From NCBI GenBank assembly GCA_027487685.1, contig JAIYDC010000133.1, forward strand, positions 73,325 through 137,324: DNA of 64,000 nt, in the 5' to 3' direction. Under the pieces are notes generated by a model that searched no databases, was not told the origin of the DNA, and was given only the letters and a program-made list of their open reading frames with translations. The stretch comes from Pseudomonadota bacterium. GTDB lineage: Bacteria > Bdellovibrionota > Bacteriovoracia > Bacteriovoracales > Bacteriovoracaceae. Below, piece after piece: positions 51,967 through 60,964 of this stretch. The position numbers and the translations under genes were made by a program. Position 1 is the first letter of the stretch. Each line of letters begins with the position of its first letter.

Positions 51967-52449
51967 ATGAGAGTTAAATTTATCGCGATAGCGGCACACG
52001 GCAAAGGTCGGCAGATCGGTCTCAATGGAGGCCTCCCCTGGAATTTGCCCGCAGAATACCAGCACTATAAGGATACCGTACGGGATCAGTATGTCCTGGT
52101 AGGCAGAAAAAACTTCGAACTTCATGGGTCCGACATTGAGGGATCCATGCCACTGGTCTTGTCTCGAGGTTCTTTGGAGAAATCAACGGCCCCCGTATTT
52201 GACTCCATGAGTGCCGTGGTTGATTACGCAGACACCATGGCGATTGATAAAATTTACGTGATCGGAGGGGGTGAGATTTATAATCTTTCCCTCCCCTACC
52301 TCTCAGAGTTTCTCTGCAGCGTGGTTGATTACGAGGGGCCCGCCGACACCTACTTCCCAGAGTATTCGTTTTACGACTGGGAAATGGTTCACCAGGAAAT
52401 TCATGACCACTGGAGCCTCTACCACATGAGGAAAAGACCTGACTTCTAG
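51967..52449 (+). CDS. folA: Dihydrofolate reductase
   Basis: IGLNGGLPWNLP, VGRKNF, VIGGGEIY, DTYFP; start trimmed to ATG 51967. Confidence 0.88.
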   Translation: MRVKFIAIAAHGKGRQIGLNGGLPWNLPAEYQHYKDTVRDQYVLVGRKNFELHGSDIEGSMPLVLSRGSLEKSTAPVFDSMSAVVDYADTMAIDKIYVIGGGEIYNLSLPYLSEFLCSVVDYEGPADTYFPEYSFYDWEMVHQEIHDHWSLYHMRKRPDF

Positions 52450-52477
52450 GCACCCGCCAAGGTAAAATTGCAGGCAT

Positions 52478-53560
52478 ATGATGACAGAATCTAAGAAGAC
52501 AGTTGTTTTCTTCAACACCAATAAGGCCTGGGGGGGCGGTGAGAAGTGGCACCTCACGACTTGTGGGGAACTCAAGCGCCGTGGGTTTGAAACGATCCTC
52601 GTTGCCAATGACGGCTCTGAGATCGCCAAGCGCGCCACAGCGGAAGGACAAAATGTTTACCGATTCCGTGTCGGGAATATGAGCTTTCTTAATCCCATCA
52701 AGATTTTTATCTTCTTTCTGTTTTTTAAACTTAAAGGGGTCGATGCGGTCATCATGAATCTCCCGGCGGATCTCAAGGTGGCAGGCATTGCGGCCAGGCT
52801 TGCGGGAGTTAAGCGGATAATCTACCGCCGAGGGATGCCTCATCCCCTACGGAACACGGTCCTTAATCGCTTTCTCTTCCAGAAGATCATCACTCACGTT
52901 GTCGTCAACTCCAAAGAAATCGGCCGCAGCCTTAAGCAAGGTAATGAGGCGTGGTTTCCGGAAGAGAAAATGGTCTTGATTTATAATGGGGTCGATACCT
53001 CACGGCCAATTGATAAAAGTCGAAAGCTGTATGAGAAACAAGGCGATGAGATGGTCATCGGAAATGCAGGGAGGCTTACGGAGCAGAAAGGGCAGAAGTA
53101 CCTTGTCGAGCTGGCGAAGCTTTTGAAGTCTGAGGGGATCAAGTTTAAGATCCTTATCGCTGGGGAGGGAGAACTCAGGCAAACGCTTATGAAGCTGATT
53201 GATGAGGCGCGGGTTAAGGAAGAGGTTCGGCTTCTGGGCCATGTGTCGGATATGCCGGCGTTTTTTAACTCCCTGGATGTGTTTGTGTTTACGAGCTTGT
53301 TTGAAGGGTCGGCGAATACGTTGATTGAGACTTTGCAGTATGGGGTGCCGATTGTGGCCTGGGATGTGAGTTCGAATCCGGAGATTGTGGTTGATAGTCA
53401 AAATGGCTTCCTTTCACCTCCGTTTGACGTTCAAGACCTTAAGTTTCAAACTATAAAGCTTCTTAAATACCCGGTCGATTTGACAAAGAACTCAGAATTT
53501 TTAAGGCAACGGTTCGATTACTATCAAAACCTCCAGATCCTTGTAAATTTAGTTATCTAG
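52478..53560 (+). CDS. Glycosyltransferase family 4
   Basis: WGGGEK, IYNGVD, GNAGRLTEQKG, LGHVSDM, SLFEGSANTLIE. Confidence 0.9.
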   Translation: MMTESKKTVVFFNTNKAWGGGEKWHLTTCGELKRRGFETILVANDGSEIAKRATAEGQNVYRFRVGNMSFLNPIKIFIFFLFFKLKGVDAVIMNLPADLKVAGIAARLAGVKRIIYRRGMPHPLRNTVLNRFLFQKIITHVVVNSKEIGRSLKQGNEAWFPEEKMVLIYNGVDTSRPIDKSRKLYEKQGDEMVIGNAGRLTEQKGQKYLVELAKLLKSEGIKFKILIAGEGELRQTLMKLIDEARVKEEVRLLGHVSDMPAFFNSLDVFVFTSLFEGSANTLIETLQYGVPIVAWDVSSNPEIVVDSQNGFLSPPFDVQDLKFQTIKLLKYPVDLTKNSEFLRQRFDYYQNLQILVNLVI

Positions 53561-53633
53561 ATGGCTTTAAAATTTCTAATGTAATAATTTCCAAGAAATC
53601 CATCGAAGAACTGTCCTGAAATATACTTGCTGC

Positions 53634-55133
53634 ATGCTTCGTCTGTCTTGGCCCGTCATTGTCTATGCGCTATCAATTCCCTTGTACGGGAGTGAAGTGA
53701 TTTATAAAAAGAGTGTCTACTCTCTCCCACTAACTTTTGACCCAATAAAAATGAATGACACTGCTTCTCTTTTGGCCAGCAACTTAATTTACGATGGGCT
53801 TGTTCGCTTTGCACCAAATCTAAGAATTGAACCGGCCATAGCTGAAAGCTGGAGATTCTCGGGCGATGGGAAAACTATCACTTTTAAAATTCGCAAAAAC
53901 TTAAAATTTCACAACGGATCTCCTATCTCCGTAGCTGATGTCGTATTTTCATTGAAAAGAAATCTATCCGAGGAGAGTGTCACAAGGAACTATTTCGATT
54001 GTATCGTGGGTTGGAACGAGAAAGGATTTGATGAAGGTATGGGTGGAATCAAGGCTATCTCGAAAGACATCATAGAAATAAAACTAAAGCACCCATACCC
54101 AAATTTCCTCAACATCATGGCAGGAGCGACCGCCAAAGTTCTATCTAAAAGTGAGTTTGAGCGGAATCAGAATTATTTTGTAAGACCTATAGGATCCGGG
54201 CCATTCAGCTTTCACTCCCTCGATGAGAAAAGCAGGCAGGTTAGGCTGGATGCCTCGAAATTCAATTATAGAAAGGCCAAGGTTTCTCTGGATCAACTGT
54301 GGCTCATCGAGAGCGATGAAAAAACAGCAATATCCCTAGCGAAGGCCGGAAAAATAGATGATCTTACAAATTGGCCTATTTCGGGATCAAATGAGGTGTT
54401 CAAATTTGGCAAAAAAATATCAGCACCTGTTAATGGAACTTGGATTATTGGGCTTAATGCAAAGTTGGCACCTTTCAACAAAAAGTCAGTCAGAAAAGCA
54501 TTCAAACGTGACTTTAATACTGAGAATTTTCGAATAAAATTTTATTCTGATTCTTATCCTGCTCTTGGTTATATACCGCCAGGTCTCCCAGGTAACATCG
54601 AAACACCGGAAACGAATTCGTCTGTGGGTGAAGTGAGTAAATCAAAAATCAGGATCTCCATCCCTAAAGAGCTAGAAAAACACGGCGAGATGAAGAAGTT
54701 CGTTGAGAAGATGCTCATTGCGAAGGGCTGGAATGTAGAAGTTGTTCCCATAAAATGGGATGACCTCATTTCAGGTTACTCGGGTAAGAAACTCCAGAGC
54801 TTTTTAGTGGCCATGAACATGGACTACCCTGACCCTGAATTTCTGTTCAAGAACTTTGAATCAAACAACAAAGATAACTTTAGCGGGATAAGCGACAAAG
54901 AGATCGACCAATTGAACTTAGAGCTCAGAACTGAGCCAGATCGATTTAAAAAGATCCCGATCCTAAAACTACTCCGTTCAAAAATCGATGATCAATCAGT
55001 AACGGTTAATCTATTTCATCCTAAAGCAAACTACTGGATTTCTAGCTGTGTAAATGGCTTTAAGCCAAACATTATCTCAGATGTCTATATTGATTATGCC
55101 TCTATCTCCAAGAAGAAGAATTGCAAACCATGA
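53634..55133 (+). CDS. Family-5 (OppA/DppA-like) solute-binding protein, no cognate permease nearby
   Basis: Signal peptide; IYDGLVRF, PAIAESW, TFKIRKNLKFHNG.PI...DV.FS, PIGSGPF, DYPDP. Confidence 0.85.
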   Translation: MLRLSWPVIVYALSIPLYGSEVIYKKSVYSLPLTFDPIKMNDTASLLASNLIYDGLVRFAPNLRIEPAIAESWRFSGDGKTITFKIRKNLKFHNGSPISVADVVFSLKRNLSEESVTRNYFDCIVGWNEKGFDEGMGGIKAISKDIIEIKLKHPYPNFLNIMAGATAKVLSKSEFERNQNYFVRPIGSGPFSFHSLDEKSRQVRLDASKFNYRKAKVSLDQLWLIESDEKTAISLAKAGKIDDLTNWPISGSNEVFKFGKKISAPVNGTWIIGLNAKLAPFNKKSVRKAFKRDFNTENFRIKFYSDSYPALGYIPPGLPGNIETPETNSSVGEVSKSKIRISIPKELEKHGEMKKFVEKMLIAKGWNVEVVPIKWDDLISGYSGKKLQSFLVAMNMDYPDPEFLFKNFESNNKDNFSGISDKEIDQLNLELRTEPDRFKKIPILKLLRSKIDDQSVTVNLFHPKANYWISSCVNGFKPNIISDVYIDYASISKKKNCKP

Positions 55134-56476
55134 CAAAGATATCAATATACGATTACATTAATGGCTCGATTTCTAAAACTAAGTGGCAACTATCGAGCCT
55201 TCTTGCACTCATGTTAACTCTCGTGATGGGTTCAATCACTTTGCGAGACACAGTTTATAATGAGAAAAAAATTCTAGCGGCCTTGGCCCCACATCTTTCC
55301 TACCTCATTACAATTAATGACAGAACAGAAATCATGCGGATTTTATCAACGGTAGATACTCCTGGGACCAATCCCGTTTCTGTCATCAGAAATGGTACGA
55401 TTTATGCCCACTCAATAAATCCAGAGCTCATCGACACAACCATTGCATCTGAAAAATTCATACCTTTATTTGGCGCTAACTTTTCGGCAAAAAAGATCTA
55501 TGTAAAGTATCCGCTTCCATCCGCGGGATCAATTTTGCTACTCGAGCTCAGCCTAAGAAATATACTTACGAAACTAGCGACTTTCATGGGAGGTATCTTT
55601 CTTTTTTCGCTTGGTTGTCTTCAATTCCTATCTTCTAGAGTGGGTAAGCATTTAAGCAAGGTTTTAAAGTCGATCAAAATTCTAGAAAACCAAGTTCAAA
55701 GACTCTCCGATGAAAACCATGAGGAAACAGAGATTGAATTCATAGAGCTCGATAACATCCGAACGGAGCTCAATCGCACTAAAGCAAATCTGACATTGGC
55801 CAAGGAGCTCTTAGCGATCCAGAAGGCGAAAGAGATAAACATGGAAATCTACAAACGGCTGATTCATGACCTTCAAAATCCCATCACTGCTATGAATACA
55901 TTGATTACTCTTCTCGACGAGGAAGACACAGACATTGAGATTAGGAAAGAAGCCCTAGACGCTTTACCTAAAATTGCGGATGAGATTCTATGCCAAATTG
56001 TAGCTACGAAGAAAAATTTTGAGTTCGACACGAACACATTTAAAAGGGTTGATATAAGGAGCTTCATTCAAGAGGCATTAGTGCAAATAAAGTCTACTAA
56101 TCCTGATAACTATCATAAAGTCACATATATCGTTCCAAACTCTCCTGTATACACCGCATGTGATCCTCCATCTCTAAAGAGGGCCGTAATCAACATCCTA
56201 GAAAATGGTTTAGACTTTTCGCGCGAAAAGCTAGAAATCTGGCTTACACAAACTGAGGAATCAACATCCATCCATATCTCTGATGATGGACCGGGGATGG
56301 AAGAGGGCCAATTTGAAGAAATCATGAGAGGAACTACAAGGTCGGGCAAGGGTAACCGGGCTGCACTGGGTCTTTCGTCAGTTAGTCACATACTCAAGAA
56401 TCATAATGGAGTGCTTAAATTTAAAAAGAGCTCTATGGGTGGGTCTGAATTTCAACTTTTGATTGGGGTTTTATGA
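55130..56476 (+). CDS. Membrane sensor histidine kinase
   Basis: Two hydrophobic segments; IHDLQNP (H box), INILENG (N), ISDDGPGM (G1), LGLSSV (G2); ATGA overlap with SBP stop. Confidence 0.9.
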   Translation: MTKISIYDYINGSISKTKWQLSSLLALMLTLVMGSITLRDTVYNEKKILAALAPHLSYLITINDRTEIMRILSTVDTPGTNPVSVIRNGTIYAHSINPELIDTTIASEKFIPLFGANFSAKKIYVKYPLPSAGSILLLELSLRNILTKLATFMGGIFLFSLGCLQFLSSRVGKHLSKVLKSIKILENQVQRLSDENHEETEIEFIELDNIRTELNRTKANLTLAKELLAIQKAKEINMEIYKRLIHDLQNPITAMNTLITLLDEEDTDIEIRKEALDALPKIADEILCQIVATKKNFEFDTNTFKRVDIRSFIQEALVQIKSTNPDNYHKVTYIVPNSPVYTACDPPSLKRAVINILENGLDFSREKLEIWLTQTEESTSIHISDDGPGMEEGQFEEIMRGTTRSGKGNRAALGLSSVSHILKNHNGVLKFKKSSMGGSEFQLLIGVL

Positions 56477-57258
56477 GGGTAACGAAAGTTGGAAAGAACA
56501 GTCAGAACTCTATCATTTTAATACCAGGCGGTCCAGGACTCAGTACGTCTTACCTGCGATCGATGGATCAGCTAAGTGATAAGTATCAACTCCACTATTT
56601 GGACCTATGCGGGACTAATGGAACAGAAGTCGAAATTTTAGATGCAATAAAAATTGCATCTAAAATTAAAGAATATGCCGAGACTATTGAATCAGGCTTC
56701 ACACTTCTTGGTCACTCTTATGGAGGGTATCTCGCTTCCAAAACAGCCACCATCACTTCACCAAGAGCATTGATTTGCATATCGACTCCACTTAGCTCAA
56801 ATTCGATGAATTTCGCTATCGATAATTACTCTCAAAACAGAAGCCGAGAATTAATTGAGAAAGAGGCTCAATGGTTAGCAAATAATTCTGACGATACTTT
56901 CAAGGCCTGGCTGTCATCATATGGAAAACTCTACTTCAATACAAATGACGAGAGATGGAAGGATCTATTTTTAAAAGATAATACTTCATATCGTTTTTTT
57001 CTTAATAATAGTAATGATATTGAAAATGACAAATCAGTACTAATTCATATTGCGAGAACTGATTTTCCCAAACTTTTCATTGCAGGTAATGACGATGCCT
57101 TGATTCCGCCGAGCGTTTTAAAAATCGATGCTGAAGCAGGATCATTCAAATACTCGCCAATTGATAATGCTGGACATTTTCCAATGCTCGAAAATCCTAA
57201 GAGAACTATATCAACTATCGATGACTTCATATCGACCATACCTCCACAAAGGAAATAA
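56473..57258 (+). CDS. Alpha/beta hydrolase, S33 (prolyl aminopeptidase)-like, no signal peptide
   Basis: PGGPG, GHSYGG nucleophile elbow, AGNDD, AGHFPMLE; ATGA overlap with kinase stop. Confidence 0.8.
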   Translation: MRVTKVGKNSQNSIILIPGGPGLSTSYLRSMDQLSDKYQLHYLDLCGTNGTEVEILDAIKIASKIKEYAETIESGFTLLGHSYGGYLASKTATITSPRALICISTPLSSNSMNFAIDNYSQNRSRELIEKEAQWLANNSDDTFKAWLSSYGKLYFNTNDERWKDLFLKDNTSYRFFLNNSNDIENDKSVLIHIARTDFPKLFIAGNDDALIPPSVLKIDAEAGSFKYSPIDNAGHFPMLENPKRTISTIDDFISTIPPQRK

Positions 57259-57260
57259 CC

Positions 57261-57389
57261 ATGAAAACCATCTCACGCTTACTCATTCTCTTCCTTGCTT
57301 TTGCTTCATTAGCGCAAGTTTTAGCTAACCCAAAGGAAGGAGAAATCAACCCCAAATTTCAAGATGGAAATGACAAACCAGGAGTTTAG
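57261..57389 (+). CDS. Unannotated 42-aa secreted peptide precursor
   Basis: MKTISRLLILFLAFASLAQVLA-NPKEGEINPKFQDGNDKPGV; AGGA SD; 2 nt after hydrolase stop and 1 nt before next start; n/h/c signal-peptide layout. Confidence 0.75.
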   Translation: MKTISRLLILFLAFASLAQVLANPKEGEINPKFQDGNDKPGV

Positions 57390-57390
57390 T

Positions 57391-57930
57391 GTGCTTGGTA
57401 ATTATTCTGGTTCTGTAATAATGGCAGTTCTTGCAGTTCTTTCATTTATTAAATGGATGAATACTACTTGGTTTTTTTACCTGCTTCTTGCTTTCAGAGA
57501 TTTGTACCTAGTATTCTTTTTTATAAAAAGGCACGAGGCAACTGTTGTCGCAAATTCTAAGCAAAAAATCATGGCTTATGCATCAAGCGCATTACCTCTC
57601 GTGTATCAGAGCGGATTTGTCACAGCAGAATCTTCGAGAGTTGCGACTTTTTTATTTGTTATTGGATTTACAGTATCGACCCTAGCCTTAGTTGATTTAG
57701 GGTATTCATTTGGTGTCTCTCCAGGCCTGCGTAAACCCATTCGTAATGGGTTATATCGTTTTGTTAGTCATCCTATGTATATTGGCTATTGTATTGCAGA
57801 AATTGGAATGATTATTGTTGCACCTTGTCCAAATGCAGTTATCTTCCTTCTGTCGGTAACTCTTTACTTGGCTAGAGCTTCAGCCGAAAACAATCTCTTA
57901 AAAAGGTACGCACATGAAAGTACTAATTGA
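57391..57930 (+). CDS. Isoprenylcysteine carboxyl methyltransferase (ICMT/PEMT)-like membrane protein
   Basis: Multiple TMs; SFGVSP, GLYRFVSHPMYIGY, RASAENNLL; GTG 57391 with AGGAG SD preferred over 57364. Confidence 0.75.
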   Translation: MLGNYSGSVIMAVLAVLSFIKWMNTTWFFYLLLAFRDLYLVFFFIKRHEATVVANSKQKIMAYASSALPLVYQSGFVTAESSRVATFLFVIGFTVSTLALVDLGYSFGVSPGLRKPIRNGLYRFVSHPMYIGYCIAEIGMIIVAPCPNAVIFLLSVTLYLARASAENNLLKRYAHESTN

Positions 57931-58222
57931 TAACGACAAATTCGTTAAACTAAGTTGGTCATTAAAAGATAAAAAAAACGGAGATTCGTTTTTGAGTTTT
58001 CCAACAGTCGATAGTTTTCTTAGTCAGGCAGAAACTCTTCCATCCAACTCTATTATTTACATCGACTCAAATCTAGACCACGGGATTAAAGGAGAAGTTG
58101 AAGCACAACGAATCAGCGCGCTAGGCTTCTCTAACATCCATCTTTGTACAGGATATGATGATATCGATATTAAAGAATTTCCATGGATCAAAAGCATCGT
58201 TGGAAAAAGCTGTCCGTTTTAA
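57914..58222 (+). CDS. Stand-alone receiver-like domain
   Basis: VLIDND acidic pocket, IYIDSNL (putative phospho-Asp), LCTGY, VGKS; no output domain. Confidence 0.7.
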   Translation: MKVLIDNDKFVKLSWSLKDKKNGDSFLSFPTVDSFLSQAETLPSNSIIYIDSNLDHGIKGEVEAQRISALGFSNIHLCTGYDDIDIKEFPWIKSIVGKSCPF

Positions 58223-58225
58223 GAA

Positions 58226-59539
58226 CTACCGAATCGCCTTCCCAATCGCATAATACTCAAACCCATACTCCAGCACTTTCTTCGTGCTATAGAGGTTCCG
58301 ACCATCAAAGATAACCGGGGATTTTAAGCGCGACTTAATCTCTTCAAAGTCAGGAGCACGGTACTGCTTCCACTCTGTGAGAACCAACAGTCCATCGGCG
58401 CCGTTGAGAGCGTCGTATTTGTTTTCGAATTGATCGACAGGGATTCCCATCTTAACCATCAGTGCTTCAAAGTGATCAGCGGCCTGCGGGTCATGGAACC
58501 GCACTTTCGCACCTGCTTCATGGAGGGCGACAGCCGTATCTATCGCCGGAGTTTCACGGATGTCGTCAGTGTTCGCCTTGAAGGCCGTTCCCCAAATGAC
58601 AAACGTTTTACCCTTGAGGTCGTCCTTGAAGTGTTTCTTCACTTTACTGAAAAGGTATTTCTTCTGCTCTTTGTTCACGAGCTCTACGGCCTCAACGATC
58701 TTGAAGTTAATGCCATGTTCCTTGGCGGTATAGACAAGGGCCTTCACATCTTTCGGGAAGCATGATCCACCGTAGCCTGGGCCCGGATATAGGAACTGAG
58801 ATCCAATGCGGGAGTCAGTTGAAATTCCGTGACGCACTTCTTCCACGTCGGCGCCTACGATATCGCACAGGCGGGCGACTTCATTCATAAATGAAATCTT
58901 CGTGGCAAGGAAGCAGTTGGCGGCATATTTTGTCATCTCAGCAGAGATATTTGACATGCGGATGGTCCGCTTGATCTGACGGTTAAATGGCTCGTAAAGG
59001 TCTTCGATGATCTCCGCTGCCTTATCTTCAATGGAGCCGATGATGATGCGCTCGGGCTTCATGAAATCTTCGACCGCGGATCCCTCTTTCAGAAATTCGG
59101 GGTTGTTCACAACGTAGAAAGTCTTCTTAGTCTTGGACTTTAAGTACTCGCGGACCTTATTCCCGGTTCCAACTGGAACCGTTGACTTAACCACCACAAC
59201 GGTCCCGTCTTGGATGTAGGGCGCGATCGAATCACAGGCACCGAAGACGTATTTTAGATCGGCCTGACCATCATCAGAGGAAGGGGTTCCTACGGCAAGG
59301 AAGACAGCTTCTGCACTGGAGACAGAATTATAATCACTGGAGAAGTGAAGGCGACCTTCCTGAAAATTGGACTGAAGAAGGGCTTCAAGGCCTGGTTCGT
59401 AGATCGGGCACTCGCCTTTTTTCATCTTTTCAACTTTGGCGACGTTTATATCGATACAAGTCACAGTATGACCCATTTCGGCGAAACAAGTTCCAGTTAC
59501 AAGACCAACGTAACCAGTCCCAATAATGCTAAGCTTCAT
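58226..59539 (-). CDS. ugd: UDP-glucose 6-dehydrogenase
   Basis: IGTGYVGL, KSTVPVGT, NPEFLKEG, KYAANCFLATKISF, GYGGSCFPKD, FDGRN. Confidence 0.95.
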   Translation of the reverse strand: MKLSIIGTGYVGLVTGTCFAEMGHTVTCIDINVAKVEKMKKGECPIYEPGLEALLQSNFQEGRLHFSSDYNSVSSAEAVFLAVGTPSSDDGQADLKYVFGACDSIAPYIQDGTVVVVKSTVPVGTGNKVREYLKSKTKKTFYVVNNPEFLKEGSAVEDFMKPERIIIGSIEDKAAEIIEDLYEPFNRQIKRTIRMSNISAEMTKYAANCFLATKISFMNEVARLCDIVGADVEEVRHGISTDSRIGSQFLYPGPGYGGSCFPKDVKALVYTAKEHGINFKIVEAVELVNKEQKKYLFSKVKKHFKDDLKGKTFVIWGTAFKANTDDIRETPAIDTAVALHEAGAKVRFHDPQAADHFEALMVKMGIPVDQFENKYDALNGADGLLVLTEWKQYRAPDFEEIKSRLKSPVIFDGRNLYSTKKVLEYGFEYYAIGKAIR

Positions 59540-59769
59540 TAATATGCTCCGAGGAAGATGAAAAGTGAGGTCATTCTAGGTTATGAGTGGGAAAATTGGA
59601 AGAAAAAGGAAGGGTTGAGAGGGTTTTGATTCTCTTTTTCTAAAGGATTAAAAGTTCTAATCAGACGTTTGAATCTCATTTTTTGAAGACCCTTTGAGGC
59701 CATTATTTGCTTAGGAACTGGAGACCGAAAAGATAGACGCCACCCTTTGCCTTTGTTACCTTTTCCCTC

Positions 59770-60933
59770 ATGATAAAAATCATCAATGCATCTCTCTTTT
59801 TTCTCGCAGCAGGGGTCTTCACTTCTGTAAGTGTCCTCTCGATTTATCAAGTACTATTCGCAGTTCCACTTGTGTACCTTTCATTCATAGCGATCCGGGA
59901 GGGTAAACTCCAGCTGCCCAAAAGTGCGTGGTTTCTACTGGCCTTCGCTGCAGTTGCGGGCCTAAGTCTTTTGCTTAATCTCGATGATATTCCGAAGCCT
60001 TCTAAAAACTTTGGGCGGATTAAGTATTTCATTTACGGAGTGGGAGGGATCTTGGTCCTTCGGTCATGGCTTTCTGTGGCCACCCTCGAAGCCCGAAGGC
60101 TACTATTTCGGACTCTCTGTGTGAGTCTTGTGCTGGCCGGAACTTTTGCTGCCTGGCAGTTTTTTTACCTAGGTCTCTCAAGAGCTTCCGGCCTCACTGA
60201 GACGATGAGATATGGATATGGTTCTGCGATGATCCTGTTATGCCTTATCAGCTGCCTGCTGCATAGAGACAAGATCCCCTGGGTAGACATTCGGTTTGGG
60301 GTACCTGCTTTAATCATTGGCCTCCTTGGCATGTATCTTACCTATACCCGTGGTGCTCTACTTGGACTCCTCTGTGGCCTGCCTGTTGTGTTCTACTTTT
60401 ATCGCCGGACTCTCGCGCTCAAGATCGGAGGGGCGAGTCTTCTCATCATCTTAGTGCTTGCCGGTTTCAACCAGTTTGGTGGCGGATTGGTTAAGTCACG
60501 ATTTCTACAAGGCAAAGAGAGTAGTTCAGACCAGATCCGCAAAAGTCTCTGGACTGCGGCGGTGATCGCGACGAAGGAAAAACCTATTCTTGGATGGGGC
60601 TTTAGCAACTTCCATTCGCAACTTGAGCGCATCAAACTGGAACACGATCTTCCTCACAAAGACTACGTTGACGCTCACGCCCACAATCTCTATCTTGATA
60701 CGGCAGCAGGGACAGGCCTTGTGGGTATCGCTCTCTTTTTGGGATGGCTCCTCATGTGGGCAATTGAAGTCATTCGATCTTCGATCATGGTGAAAGCCGT
60801 GATTCTTCCTTTGGGGGTTTCATTTGTGATTTCGAGCCTGTTTGAGACGACTTTAAACGCCAATAATGCCTCGATGGTCATGTTCTTCTATTCCCTATCG
60901 ATTGCTTTGAAAAATCATATACAAGATGCATGA
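59770..60933 (+). CDS. O-antigen ligase (Wzy_C) family protein
   Basis: Multi-TM; TYTRGAL, PILGWG, HAHNLYL. Confidence 0.85.
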   Translation: MIKIINASLFFLAAGVFTSVSVLSIYQVLFAVPLVYLSFIAIREGKLQLPKSAWFLLAFAAVAGLSLLLNLDDIPKPSKNFGRIKYFIYGVGGILVLRSWLSVATLEARRLLFRTLCVSLVLAGTFAAWQFFYLGLSRASGLTETMRYGYGSAMILLCLISCLLHRDKIPWVDIRFGVPALIIGLLGMYLTYTRGALLGLLCGLPVVFYFYRRTLALKIGGASLLIILVLAGFNQFGGGLVKSRFLQGKESSSDQIRKSLWTAAVIATKEKPILGWGFSNFHSQLERIKLEHDLPHKDYVDAHAHNLYLDTAAGTGLVGIALFLGWLLMWAIEVIRSSIMVKAVILPLGVSFVISSLFETTLNANNASMVMFFYSLSIALKNHIQDA

Positions 60934-60964
60934 CATAAGATTTCCCAATTTGTAGAATCCGCCT

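Noticed and set aside
52530-52536. G7 tract near the 5' end of the GT4 gene as a slipped-strand switch
   Set aside because: Short tract that encodes the conserved WGGGE motif.
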